From NCBI GenBank assembly GCA_041499965.1, contig JBGQLG010000001.1:2672-66671 (forward strand): DNA of 64,000 nt, given 5' to 3'. Shown here piece by piece: positions 18,062-31,935 of the stretch (within the stretch, counting starts at the first letter, position 1; every line of letters starts with the position of its first letter). The stretch is from Candidatus Methylomirabilia bacterium. Its GTDB lineage: Bacteria; Methylomirabilota; Methylomirabilia; Rokubacteriales; CSP1-6. The position numbers and the translations under genes are program-made. The notes beneath the pieces were generated by a model that saw only the letters and a program-made list of their open reading frames with translations, was not told the origin of the DNA and ran no database searches.

Positions 18062-19000
18062 CTACGCCGGGACCCCGGCGGGGCCGCGCGCCGGCTCCCG
18101 GGTCGCCGCCGGCGGCGCCTCGCTGGTTTCCTGCAGCATCTGCACGAACCGCTCGGCGGTCGGTGTGAGCGGCGTCTGTCGCCGGTGCACGATCCCCACC
18201 GGCCGCATGAGATCGGGCACCGCCAAGTCCACGGTGGCCAGCGTCTTGATCGACGCCTCCTTCTGCACCGTGCGGCGCGGCAGGATGCTGATCCCGGCGG
18301 CGATGATGATCGCCTGCTTGATCGTCTCGATGTTGTCGAACTCCATGACGATGTTCACGCGCACGTTGTGCTGGCGCAAGGCCCGATCGATGGCCCGGCG
18401 GATCGTCAGCCCCGCATCGAAGGCGACGAAGGCCTGGCCCCCCAGCTCGGCCGGCATCACGACCCGCCGCCTGGCGAACGGGTGGCTGGGATGGCAGACC
18501 AGCGCCATCGGCTCCTCGCGCAGCCGCACCACGCGCAGCGCCCGCTCGGCCGGTGGATACGACATCACGCCGATGTCGGCCTGGCCGGTGAGCACCGCCT
18601 CCACGACCTTGTGCGGGTGCAGGCACTCGAGCTGCACGCGGGCCTGCGGGTAGAGCGACATGAACTGCTGCATCGGCCGGCTCATGTCGTGCAAGCCCAC
18701 CGAGTAGATGGCGGCCACCCGCACCGTGCCGTCCACCCGGGCCTTCACCGCCGCGACCTCGGCCTTGGCCTTCTCCCACGACTCAAGGATGCCGCGGGCG
18801 GCGTCGTAGAACGCCTCCCCCTCGCGCGTGATCACGAACGGCCGCTTGGTGCGATCGATCAGCACCACGCCGAGCTGGGTCTCGAGCTGCTGGACGGCCT
18901 GGCTGGCCGCCGACTGGGAGACGAAGTTCTGCTCGGCCCCGCGCGAGAAGGAGCGCAACCGGACGACGTCGCAGTACAGGCGCAGTGTTTCGAGGTGCAC
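18062..19000 (-). CDS. LysR-family transcriptional regulator, divergent from gltBD (GltC-like arrangement)
   Basis: N-terminal HTH (FSRGAEQNFVSQSAASQAVQQLE) plus a LysR substrate-binding domain. Confidence 0.9.
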   Translation of the reverse strand: MHLETLRLYCDVVRLRSFSRGAEQNFVSQSAASQAVQQLETQLGVVLIDRTKRPFVITREGEAFYDAARGILESWEKAKAEVAAVKARVDGTVRVAAIYSVGLHDMSRPMQQFMSLYPQARVQLECLHPHKVVEAVLTGQADIGVMSYPPAERALRVVRLREEPMALVCHPSHPFARRRVVMPAELGGQAFVAFDAGLTIRRAIDRALRQHNVRVNIVMEFDNIETIKQAIIIAAGISILPRRTVQKEASIKTLATVDLAVPDLMRPVGIVHRRQTPLTPTAERFVQMLQETSEAPPAATREPARGPAGVPA

Positions 19001-19014
19001 GCTCGGAAGTCTAC

Positions 19015-19065
19015 ATCATTAGTGGTACTGATACCCGGAATATGAATTTTACGTAATGACTAATG
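19015..19065. promoter_or_regulatory. Candidate LysR operator region (dyads) in the AT-richest stretch of the window
   Basis: ATCA-N10-TGAT (19015-19032); 8-bp palindrome TTACGTAA (19049-19056); CATTAGT (19017-19023) inverted with ACTAATG (19059-19065). Confidence 0.3.
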
Positions 19066-19084
19066 CTGAGCAGGCGAGTACTAT
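19056..19084 (+). promoter_or_regulatory. Candidate gltB promoter
   Basis: ATGACT-17 nt-TACTAT, about 65 nt upstream of the gltB ATG. Confidence 0.3.
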
Positions 19085-19150
19085 CGTGCAACTCTTCACA
19101 AGAACGCGCCGACTGGAACACGATCGGACCGTCATCAAAGGGGATGCAGC

Positions 19151-23695
<4,545 letters not shown>

Positions 23696-23698
23696 CCC

Positions 23699-25147
23699 GT
23701 GGGCAAGGTCACCGGCTTTCTCGAGATCAAGCGCAAGAAGTGGCCGACCCGTCCGGTCGACGAGCGCCTGCGCGACTGGAAGGAGGCCTACCTCCCCTTC
23801 CCCGAGGACGAGCTGAAGACGCAGGCGGCTCGCTGCATGGACTGCGGCATCCCGTTCTGCCACCAGGGCTGCCCGCTCGGCAACATCATTCCCGACTGGA
23901 ACGACCTCGTGTACCGCGACCACTGGCGGGACGCGATCGACCGGCTGCACGCGACGAACAACTTCCCGGAGTTCACCGGCCGCCTGTGCCCGGCGCCGTG
24001 CGAGGGCTCGTGCGTGCTCGGGATCAACGACGACCCGGTCACCATCAAGGCCGTCGAGGTCACGATCATCGACCGCGCCATGCGGGAGGGCTGGGTGGTG
24101 CCGGAGCCGCCGGCGGTGCGCACCGGCAAGAAGGTCGCCGTGGTCGGCTCGGGCCCGGCTGGCCTCGCCGCCGCCCAGCAGCTCAACCGCGCCGGCCACC
24201 TGGTCACCGTGCTGGAGCGCTCCGATCGCATCGGCGGCCTGCTGCGCTACGGCATCCCCGAGTTCAAGCTGGAAAAGCGCGTCCTCGAGCGGCGCCTGGC
24301 CCTCATGGACAAGGAGGGTGTGGTCTTCCGCCCCAACGCGGAGGTCGGTCGCAGTCCGCGGCTGAGCGAGCTGCAGTGCGAGTTCGAGGCGATCGTGCTC
24401 GCCTGCGGCGCCGGCGCGCCGCGCGATCTGACGATACCCGGCCGCGAGCTTGGGGGCATCCACTTCGCGATGGAATACCTCACGCTGTCGAACAAGCGGT
24501 GCGAGGGCGACGCCATCCCCGACGAGCGGTTCATCACCGCCCAGGACAAGCACGTGGTGATCATCGGGGGCGGTGACACCGGGGCCGACTGCCTGGGGAC
24601 CGTGCACCGGCAAGGCGCCGCCTCAGTCCACCAGTTCGAGCTGCTGCCGCGACCACCCGACATCCGGGCCGACGACAACCCGTGGCCGCTGTGGCCCAAC
24701 GTCTTCCGCACGTCCACGGCCCACGAGGAAGGTGGCGAGCGGGTCTACGCGGTCTCCACCCAGCGCTTCCTGGGCGACGCCGAGGGCCGCGCGCGCCAGC
24801 TGCAGGGCGTGACGGTGCAGATGGTGCGCGACGGGGGCCGGATCGACTTCACGCCGGTGCCGGGCTCCGAGTTCACCCTCGACGCCGACCTCGTGCTGCT
24901 CGCCATGGGCTTCCTCGGCCCCGAGCGCACCGGCCCCATCGAGGAGCTGGGGCTGCGACTCACCGAGCGTGGCAACGTAGCGCGCGACCCGAACTGGATG
25001 ACGAGCACGCCCGGCGTCTTCACCTGCGGCGACATGCAGCGGGGTCAGTCGCTGATCGTGTGGGCGATCGCCGAGGGACGCTCGTGCGCGGCCGGCGTCG
25101 ACCGCTGGCTGATGGGCTCGACCGACCTGGTCGCCCCGCTCGGTTAG
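23699..25147 (+). CDS. gltD: Glutamate synthase small subunit (NAD(P)H)
   Basis: Cys clusters (CMDCGIPFC, CPAPCEGSC) and two dinucleotide motifs (VVGSGPAG, IIGGGDTG). Confidence 0.95.
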   Translation: MGKVTGFLEIKRKKWPTRPVDERLRDWKEAYLPFPEDELKTQAARCMDCGIPFCHQGCPLGNIIPDWNDLVYRDHWRDAIDRLHATNNFPEFTGRLCPAPCEGSCVLGINDDPVTIKAVEVTIIDRAMREGWVVPEPPAVRTGKKVAVVGSGPAGLAAAQQLNRAGHLVTVLERSDRIGGLLRYGIPEFKLEKRVLERRLALMDKEGVVFRPNAEVGRSPRLSELQCEFEAIVLACGAGAPRDLTIPGRELGGIHFAMEYLTLSNKRCEGDAIPDERFITAQDKHVVIIGGGDTGADCLGTVHRQGAASVHQFELLPRPPDIRADDNPWPLWPNVFRTSTAHEEGGERVYAVSTQRFLGDAEGRARQLQGVTVQMVRDGGRIDFTPVPGSEFTLDADLVLLAMGFLGPERTGPIEELGLRLTERGNVARDPNWMTSTPGVFTCGDMQRGQSLIVWAIAEGRSCAAGVDRWLMGSTDLVAPLG

Positions 25148-25539
25148 CGGTAGGCCTTCACCGACGCGGCGATGCATTCCGCGCGCGTCGCCTCCTCCCC
25201 GGTCAACGTCGCCAGCGCCTTGCGGCACGCCTCGCAGCTGGGATAGGAGCGCGCGGCCGCCTTGCGGGCGGCGGTGCCGCGGAAGCGAAGCACGCACTCG
25301 TTGGGCTCCGGGACGTGGACACTGCGCGGCGGCTCGGGCAGTACCGGCTTCGGCGGCTCGCGCGGCCCCTCGGGCGCCAGCTGGCCGCGATACTGCTCCG
25401 GAACCAGATCACGCCGGCCCACGTAGTGGACGTTGCCCTGCTCGTCCACGAAGCGATAGCCCACCACCACCTGGGCGGCGGCGCCCGTCACGCAGAGCAG
25501 CGCGAGTGCCAGCGCCCATCCGACCCGTCGCGTTCTCAT
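25144..25539 (-). CDS. Secreted DUF4124-like protein
   Basis: Signal peptide MRTRRVGWALALALLCVTGAAAQ followed by YRFVDEQGNVHY. ATG 25539 has AGGAGG 7 nt upstream. Its stop overlaps the convergent gltD stop. Confidence 0.7.
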   Translation of the reverse strand: MRTRRVGWALALALLCVTGAAAQVVVGYRFVDEQGNVHYVGRRDLVPEQYRGQLAPEGPREPPKPVLPEPPRSVHVPEPNECVLRFRGTAARKAAARSYPSCEACRKALATLTGEEATRAECIAASVKAYR

Positions 25540-25563
25540 CGGCTCGCCTCCTGGCATACCCGG

Positions 25564-25857
25564 TCAGCGGAGGATCAGCGGCTCGCCCACCGCCGCCCAC
25601 CATGGTAGCGCGACCGCGACGATCGCCACCCACGCGACGAGCGTCTTCCCCAGGCCGAACCCGAGCATCTCGGCGGCCGAGACGTGGCCGCGCTCGTCGA
25701 TGACCAGGGCCGAGGTGCTCTGGGCCGACAGCCCGCCGAGGATGGCCGCGCTCATCACGGGCGTGATCCCGCCCGTCAGCAGGGACGTGGAGGCGAGCCG
25801 GTTGATCGAGGACGGCGCCCGCATCACGGCCTTGGCGATCGGCGCCCCTCGCGGCAC
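25564..25857 (-). CDS. Small hydrophobic/membrane protein, function unknown (start unresolved)
   Basis: Near-saturated GC3; hydrophobic segments. Same frame as the upstream DUF1624 gene, separated from it only by one TAG. Confidence 0.45.
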   Translation of the reverse strand: MPRGAPIAKAVMRAPSSINRLASTSLLTGGITPVMSAAILGGLSAQSTSALVIDERGHVSAAEMLGFGLGKTLVAWVAIVAVALPWWAAVGEPLILR

Positions 25858-25950
25858 CGCCGCCAGCGCAAAGACCTCGTCGTAGATGTGGATGAGGATG
25901 CAGCCGTCATCGTGCCACGCTCGCCGTCTGTCCGTCGAGGGCCACGCGGG

Positions 25951-27054
25951 CTACACGGCTCGCCGTGCGACGGATCCTTGCCGCGCGGCCCGGGTTCGCG
26001 CCGCCCACGCCTTGATCTTGCGCCACGCCCAGCCGAGTCCCACCAGCGCGGTCACGAAGACGACGTTGGCCGCCCAGAACGCCGGCCAGGCGTCGAAGCG
26101 CCAGCCCAGCCACTGCCCCACGAGCCGGTACGCGATGATCTGGTGGACGAAGTACAGGAACAGCGCGGTCTGGCCGAGGATGACCAGCCAGCGCAGCCGC
26201 CAGCCGCGACGCTCCATCACCCAGTACGCGATGGCCAGCGGCAGCAGGACCATCCCGAGCACCCAGAGCAGCGCGGGCCCGCGGGGCGTCCAGTGGCGGT
26301 TCAGGATGAAGTCGCGCTTCATGCCGAACCGGACGGGCGTGCCGGCCCACACGTCGTAGAGGAGGAAGGCCAGGATCATGAGGGCGCCCGCGGCGCCGGC
26401 GATCCGCAGAAACCGCGCGCCCTCCTCGGGGCTCCGGCCGTGCGCGTCGAGCCACGCCCGGCCGAGCACGAGACCGAGCAGGACCAGGCTCAGCCAGGGC
26501 CACGGCGGGAAATCGTAGAAGAGCACCAGGCCGAGCCGCGGGCGGGCGGCCACGAGGCCCGTCAGGGCCGGATACATCGTGACGAAGGCGACGTAGCCCA
26601 GGACGGCGACCGCCAGCAGTCCCCACGCGCCGAGCCGAAAGCGCAGCAGCCACAGCGCCGGCACCATGGCCATGATCGCCACGCCGATCGTCTGCAGCAC
26701 GCCGCCGCTCAGGATGGGCTCGTCGGCGAAGACGACGACGTTCAGCAGCAGACCCGCCACGACGATCCGCGCGCCGCGGGGGACGAAGCGCCGGGCCAGC
26801 GCACCCAGACCGTCGATGGCGCCCGCAGGGCCGTGGAGCGCCAGCGGCAGGCAGAACCCGACGAGGAACAGGAACGTCGGCGCGGCCACGCTGAGCGTGA
26901 CGTAGATCAGCTCGTACCGGGCCCACGTGATGGGGTCGTCCATCCACCAGCGGGCGGTGTGATTGACGACCATCAGGACGAGCGCGGCACCGCGCAGGCC
27001 GTCGAGGTAGGCCAGCCGTGTGGATCGGGGCGGTGCCGGCGAGCCGTCGGCCAC
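25951..27054 (-). CDS. DUF1624 / heparan-alpha-glucosaminide N-acetyltransferase-like polytopic membrane protein
   Basis: RLAYLDGLRGAALVLMVVNH opening motif and about 10 predicted TM segments. Confidence 0.8.
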   Translation of the reverse strand: MADGSPAPPRSTRLAYLDGLRGAALVLMVVNHTARWWMDDPITWARYELIYVTLSVAAPTFLFLVGFCLPLALHGPAGAIDGLGALARRFVPRGARIVVAGLLLNVVVFADEPILSGGVLQTIGVAIMAMVPALWLLRFRLGAWGLLAVAVLGYVAFVTMYPALTGLVAARPRLGLVLFYDFPPWPWLSLVLLGLVLGRAWLDAHGRSPEEGARFLRIAGAAGALMILAFLLYDVWAGTPVRFGMKRDFILNRHWTPRGPALLWVLGMVLLPLAIAYWVMERRGWRLRWLVILGQTALFLYFVHQIIAYRLVGQWLGWRFDAWPAFWAANVVFVTALVGLGWAWRKIKAWAARTRAARQGSVARRAV

Positions 27055-27065
27055 CGTCGTCGCCC

Positions 27066-27500
27066 CTACGCGAACCCCCAGGAGAAGACGCGGACCGGCG
27101 TGACCTCGACGACGACCGAGTCGGACGGAGTGATCGCCGCCTCGCGCGCGTACTGCGGATACTTCCGGTACAGCCGCTTGCGAACGCGTGAAAAGCGCGG
27201 GCCCCGCTCGATCAGCCGCGCGCGACCCTGGATCATCACGCCCTTGAGCGTGCCCCAGTGATCGGAGTACACGTCGCAGGTGACGGTGACGTGCGGGTTC
27301 TCGCGCAGGTTCTTCACCTTGCGGCCGTCGTCACCCGAGGCGAAGTAGACCTTGCCGCCGGCCACGACGTGGCATACGGGCACCAGGTGGGTCCGCCCGG
27401 AGGCGCCGGCCGTGGCCACGCGGCAGATGCGCTCCCAGGTGACGAAGTCGCTTAGGGTCTTGGTCAGTCGGGCGGGAGCGCGCGACGCACGGGTCGCCAT
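27066..27500 (-). CDS. Pyridoxamine 5'-phosphate oxidase (PPOX) family flavin/deazaflavin-binding protein
   Basis: 144 aa, split-barrel family pattern (VATAGASGRTHLVPV...KVKNLRENPHVT). Confidence 0.8.
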   Translation of the reverse strand: MATRASRAPARLTKTLSDFVTWERICRVATAGASGRTHLVPVCHVVAGGKVYFASGDDGRKVKNLRENPHVTVTCDVYSDHWGTLKGVMIQGRARLIERGPRFSRVRKRLYRKYPQYAREAAITPSDSVVVEVTPVRVFSWGFA

Positions 27501-27527
27501 CGTGGGGCCTCGTTTCCGCGGCGGGCG

Positions 27528-28238
27528 TTAGCGCAGCGGGCTCTGCCACAGCGCGTGGCCGACGAAGAACGGCCCCAGCGTGTGGATGTATTGCGCGGTC
27601 TGCACGGTCTTGCGCATGGCCTGGACCAGGTGCGACAGCGGGTGCAGCTCGCGACCGACGAGCCCGATGACGAAGTCGTTGTCGTGCGTGTCCAGGCCGT
27701 GGCAGGCCAGGCGCACGTCGTGGGCGAGGTCGGCCTCGCCGTAGGCGCGGCCCAGCACGCTGTGCTCGCGGATGATCGCGCCCTGCTCCTGGGGCGAGAG
27801 GCGGGCGAAGGCGCCCGTGCGCCGCAGCGGATACCAGATCCCCCACGGCCAGGCGGGGTTCAGGGCGGTGCGCCGCGGACGCCGCAGCAGCCACTCGTCC
27901 AGGTCGGCCTCGAAGCCCGAGGCGTAGGTCCGGCCGATCATGGTCAGCTCCGGCTTCAGCATCAGCTCGCCGAACGGGCCCGCGTTGAGCAGCTCGCGGA
28001 ACGGGCCCACGAAGAACGTCGGATCCTCGCTCAGGCCCAGCACGGCGACGCCGCGCGGGTCGTTGACGTCCTGGTAGAGCACGGCCTCGAGCCGGCTCGC
28101 CTCCAGGGCCCGTAGCAAGGGCTTGGCGTCGGTGCAGCCGCCGAACGCCTGCAGCTGCACGTAGAGGCGCCGGTCGGTGCTCTGCTGGTTGGCACCCCGC
28201 TCGTGGACGTCCACCTTGACGTCGTCACCGGTGCTCAC
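27528..28238 (-). CDS. Chlorite dismutase family (Cld/ChdC-like) heme protein
   Basis: WYPLRRTG...IIREHS...DVRLACHGLD..DNDFVIGL...MRKTVQTAQY...GPFFVG matches the Cld-family C-terminal ferredoxin-like domain. Confidence 0.85.
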   Translation of the reverse strand: MSTGDDVKVDVHERGANQQSTDRRLYVQLQAFGGCTDAKPLLRALEASRLEAVLYQDVNDPRGVAVLGLSEDPTFFVGPFRELLNAGPFGELMLKPELTMIGRTYASGFEADLDEWLLRRPRRTALNPAWPWGIWYPLRRTGAFARLSPQEQGAIIREHSVLGRAYGEADLAHDVRLACHGLDTHDNDFVIGLVGRELHPLSHLVQAMRKTVQTAQYIHTLGPFFVGHALWQSPLR

Positions 28239-28240
28239 GC

Positions 28241-29266
28241 TCAGCCTCCTCGCGTATGCATCTCGAGGTGTGGATCACGCTTGAGCCCGCCGATCTGCAC
28301 CAGTGGCTGGCGATCGCCCAGGGCCAGGCGATCCTCGGCGCCGCGGTCGGTGCGCGCGCGCCAGCCGCCGCTGATGAGCGCCTTCAGCTCCTCGGCGCCG
28401 GCGCCGCCGCGGAACGGCCCGCGCAGGTCGATGCCGCGCGTGGCGTACAGGCACAGGTACCAGACGCCGTCGGCGGTGAGCCGGCTGCGGTCGCAGTCGG
28501 CGCAGAACGGCGCGGTCGTCGACGAGATGATGCCGAAGGTCGTAGCGTCGGGCAACCGGAAGCGGTCGGCCGGCGCCGTCGACGTCTCGACCACGGGCTC
28601 GATCCGCCCGTAGCGCCGGCCCAGGCGCTCGAGCATCTCGGCCCGGCTCACCACCTGGCTCGGCGACCAGCGGGTGGCGCCGCCGACGTCCATGTACTCG
28701 ATGAAGCGGACCTCGGCGGGGACGCTCCGGGCGAACTCGACGAGATCGGCCAGCTCGTCGTCGTTCACGCCGCGGATGACCACGGTGTCGAGCTTCGTCC
28801 CCGTGAACCCGGCGTGCGGCACGCTGGCGATGCCCTCGAGCACCTGCGCGTGGCTCGAGCGGCTGGTGAGCCGGGCGAAGCGCTGGGGATCGAGCGTGTC
28901 CAGGCTGATCGTGAGCCGGTGCAGCCCAGCCGCCTTCAGCGCCGGCGCGTGCTCGGCCAGCAGGACGCCGTTGGTGGTCATGGCCAGGTCGCGGATGCGC
29001 GGCTTGGCCGCCAGCATGCCGACCAGCCGCGCCACGTCGCGGCGGAGCAGCGGCTCGCCGCCCGTCAGCCGCACCTTGTCGACGCCGAGGTCGAGGAACA
29101 CCTCCGCCAGGGCGGCCATCTCACCAAAGTGCAGGATGTCGTCGCGGGGCAGCCAGACGTACTCCTCCTCCGGCATGCAGTAGCCGCAGCGCAGATTGCA
29201 GCGGTCGGTGACCGACATTCGCAAGTTGCGCAGGAAGCGGCCGCGGACGTCGGCGAGCGGGGCCAT
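28241..29266 (-). CDS. moaA: GTP 3',8-cyclase MoaA
   Basis: [12 protein letters not shown] radical-SAM cluster, C-terminal second cluster ([11 protein letters not shown]), terminal GG. ATG 29266 overlaps the upstream stop by 1 nt. Confidence 0.9.
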   Translation of the reverse strand: MAPLADVRGRFLRNLRMSVTDRCNLRCGYCMPEEEYVWLPRDDILHFGEMAALAEVFLDLGVDKVRLTGGEPLLRRDVARLVGMLAAKPRIRDLAMTTNGVLLAEHAPALKAAGLHRLTISLDTLDPQRFARLTSRSSHAQVLEGIASVPHAGFTGTKLDTVVIRGVNDDELADLVEFARSVPAEVRFIEYMDVGGATRWSPSQVVSRAEMLERLGRRYGRIEPVVETSTAPADRFRLPDATTFGIISSTTAPFCADCDRSRLTADGVWYLCLYATRGIDLRGPFRGGAGAEELKALISGGWRARTDRGAEDRLALGDRQPLVQIGGLKRDPHLEMHTRGG

Positions 29267-30969
29267 CAGGAGACCGCCACCGGGGCGGCCTCGGCGACCT
29301 GGGCCCGCTCCCATTCACGGATCAGTCCGGCCTTCTTCACGCCCACGTCGAAGTGATCCCACGGCAGTCGCTCGTCGAGGCGGCGCGGGCGCGTCGTGTG
29401 GAAGTCGAGATCGCCACCCCACTCGCGCAGCGCGCGCCGCCAATCGCCGCCCAGCCGGGCGGCCCGCTCCAGGAAGTCGCCCACCCGCCGGTCGCCGCGG
29501 GCCAGCAGCGCCTGCAGCGCCGCCTCGCGGGGGTTCTCGTGGAGCACGCGCACGGTGGCCATGCCGCCGACGCCGCGCTTGATCGTATCCAGCTTGGCCG
29601 CCAGCGCGCCGGCGCCGGCGAACGGCGCCCACTGGAACGGTGTCCATGGCTTGGGCACGAACGAGGAGATCGACAGCGTGAGGCGACCGAACGGGCGGCC
29701 CTGCCGATCGAGCGCGCGCAGGCGATCGAGCATGCGATGGGCCAGGTCGGGGATCGCGGCCACGTCGGCGTCCGTCTCGGTCGGCTGGCCGATCATGAAG
29801 TACGTCTTCAGATTGGGGATGCCCTGGGCCCGCACCAGGTCGCAGGCGGCCAGGATCTGCTCGTCGGTGATCGCCTTGCGGATGGCCCGCCGCAGCCGCT
29901 CGGTGCCGGCCTCGGGCGCGATGGTCAGCGTGCGATGCCCGCCCCGGGCCAGCGAGGCGGCGAGATCCTCGGTGAGGCTGTCCGCCCGCAGCGAGGAGAT
30001 CGACAGCTCCATGCCGTTGTCCTCGACCACCTTCAGCAGCTCGCCGATCCACGGGTAGTCCGACACGCACGCGCCGACGAGGCCGATGCGCGTCTCGCCG
30101 TCGCGCGCGAGCTGCTCGATCGTCTCGCGCAGCGCCGCCACGCTGCGGTGGCGCACGGGGCGGTACACCTGGCCCTCCAGGCAGAAGCGACAGCCGCGGC
30201 CGCACCCCTTGCCGACCTCCAGCAACGCCATGTGGCCGTACTCGGCGTTGGGGGTCTTCACCGCGGCGATGGTGCGGAACGCGTTGACGTCCCGCAGCCG
30301 GCGCTTGACCACGATGGCCGGCGCGCCGCCACCCGGCGTCACGTCGGCCAGCGTGTCGTCGGCCGCGTAGCGCACGTCGTAGCGCTCCGGCACGTACACG
30401 CCCGGCAGCGTCACCAGCAGGTCCAGGAAGCTCGCGCGGTCGCGATAACGCTCGCGGTACGCCGCCATCAGCTCGGCGACCAGCTCCTCACCCTCGCCCA
30501 CCACGATGAAATCCATGAAGGGCGCCACCGGCTCGGGATTGGAGAACGCGCACACGCCGCCCATGAGCACCAGCGGGTCGTGGGGCCGCCGGTCGGCCGC
30601 GCGCAGCGGGATGCCCGCTAGGTCGAGCAGGCGAAGGACGTTGATGTAGTCGCCCTCGTAGGTGACCGAGAAGCCGAGCATGTGGAAATCGGTCAGTGGC
30701 CGCTGCGACTCCAGCGAGAACGGCGGGCTCTGCGTGCGCTGCATCTCGGCGATGTCGGCGGGGTCCGGCAGGAACACCCGCTCGCAGACCACGTCGGGCA
30801 GCGCGTTGAGGTGCTGGTAGATCGTCTGGAAGCCGAGGTTGGACATCCCCACGGCGTAGGCGTTCGGGTAGATCAGGGCGGCGGCGATCTTGCCGCCCCA
30901 GTCCTTGCGGACCGTGCCCTGCTCAGCGGCGAGCAGCGTCTGGGCTTTTTTCTTTAGTGACCACGACAT
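29266..30969 (-). CDS. Radical SAM protein, TIGR03960-like (B12-binding-like N-terminal domain)
   Basis: [10 protein letters not shown]3CX2C motif; family-typical start (LL..E.G...K.WGG) and C-terminus. Confidence 0.85.
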   Translation of the reverse strand: MSWSLKKKAQTLLAAEQGTVRKDWGGKIAAALIYPNAYAVGMSNLGFQTIYQHLNALPDVVCERVFLPDPADIAEMQRTQSPPFSLESQRPLTDFHMLGFSVTYEGDYINVLRLLDLAGIPLRAADRRPHDPLVLMGGVCAFSNPEPVAPFMDFIVVGEGEELVAELMAAYRERYRDRASFLDLLVTLPGVYVPERYDVRYAADDTLADVTPGGGAPAIVVKRRLRDVNAFRTIAAVKTPNAEYGHMALLEVGKGCGRGCRFCLEGQVYRPVRHRSVAALRETIEQLARDGETRIGLVGACVSDYPWIGELLKVVEDNGMELSISSLRADSLTEDLAASLARGGHRTLTIAPEAGTERLRRAIRKAITDEQILAACDLVRAQGIPNLKTYFMIGQPTETDADVAAIPDLAHRMLDRLRALDRQGRPFGRLTLSISSFVPKPWTPFQWAPFAGAGALAAKLDTIKRGVGGMATVRVLHENPREAALQALLARGDRRVGDFLERAARLGGDWRRALREWGGDLDFHTTRPRRLDERLPWDHFDVGVKKAGLIREWERAQVAEAAPVAVS

Positions 30970-31029
30970 CCGGGTCAGTCTACCACGCGCGCGGCCAGAG
31001 GCCGGGGAGGGGCCGGACGGGGCCGGGAC

Positions 31030-31842
31030 TCAGCGGGCGACGGCGACCGATCCGGCGCGACGACGGCTCCACACGAGCCCGACGATGGCGACGAGGACGC
31101 CGATCAGGCTGGCCAGCTGCGCGACCCGGAAGGGCCCGAGCCAGAAGCTGTCCAGGCGCAGCCCCTCGATCATGAAGCGACCGATCGAGTAGAGACCGAT
31201 GTAGGCGAAGAAGAGCGCGCCGGGTTGCTGGCGCAAGCGCGGGCGCAGCCAGGTGACCAGGAGGAAGAAGACGGCCAGGTCCCACGCCGACTCGTACAGG
31301 AAGGCGGGATGGAAGGAGTCGAACTGGGTGTAGCCGTCTGGACGATGCGGCGGCGAGATGTAGAGCTTCCACGGCAGGTCGGTCGGCCGCCCGAACGCCT
31401 CCTCGTTGAAGAAATTCCCCCACCGGCCGATCGCCTGCCCGATGGCGAACGACGGCGCCGTGACGTCGAAGCCGCGCAGGATCGGTATGCCCCAGCGGTG
31501 CGCCAGCCAGAGGCCGACCAGCGGGCCGACGATGAGCCCGCCGTGAATCGCCAGGCCTCCCTCCCACACCGCGAAGATCTTCTTCGGATACTGGCCGTAG
31601 TAATCCCAGTTGAAGGCGACCTCGTAGAGGCGCGCGCCGAGAAGCCCGGCCAGGATCGCCCACTGGCCCACGCCGATGATGTCGTCGGCCGGCAGCCCCT
31701 CGCGCCGCGCCTGCCGGTGACAGATCCACAGGCCGATCACGATCGAGGTCGCCATGAGGATGCCGTACCACCGGATGACGAGCGGGCCGACGTGGAAGAA
31801 GGGGCCGATTTGGAAGGCGATCGCGCCGGGCGAGCTGAACAC
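31030..31842 (-). CDS. lgt: Prolipoprotein diacylglyceryl transferase
   Basis: IRWYG, GARLYEV, GGLAIHGG, GRWGNFFNEE motifs; GTG 31842. Confidence 0.9.
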   Translation of the reverse strand: MFSSPGAIAFQIGPFFHVGPLVIRWYGILMATSIVIGLWICHRQARREGLPADDIIGVGQWAILAGLLGARLYEVAFNWDYYGQYPKKIFAVWEGGLAIHGGLIVGPLVGLWLAHRWGIPILRGFDVTAPSFAIGQAIGRWGNFFNEEAFGRPTDLPWKLYISPPHRPDGYTQFDSFHPAFLYESAWDLAVFFLLVTWLRPRLRQQPGALFFAYIGLYSIGRFMIEGLRLDSFWLGPFRVAQLASLIGVLVAIVGLVWSRRRAGSVAVAR

Positions 31843-31935
31843 GGCGTGAAGGATATCACGTGGTTCGAGGCCCGGTGCTATGCTCTGCCGCGATGTCACG
31901 CCCGCGGCGCGCTCAACCCCGGCGGCATCGGTCGC

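Noticed and set aside
28241-31029. Moco riboswitch upstream of moaA or of the radical SAM gene
   Set aside because: moaA overlaps the upstream gene, so there is no leader. The 60-nt gap upstream of the radical SAM gene is too short for that element.
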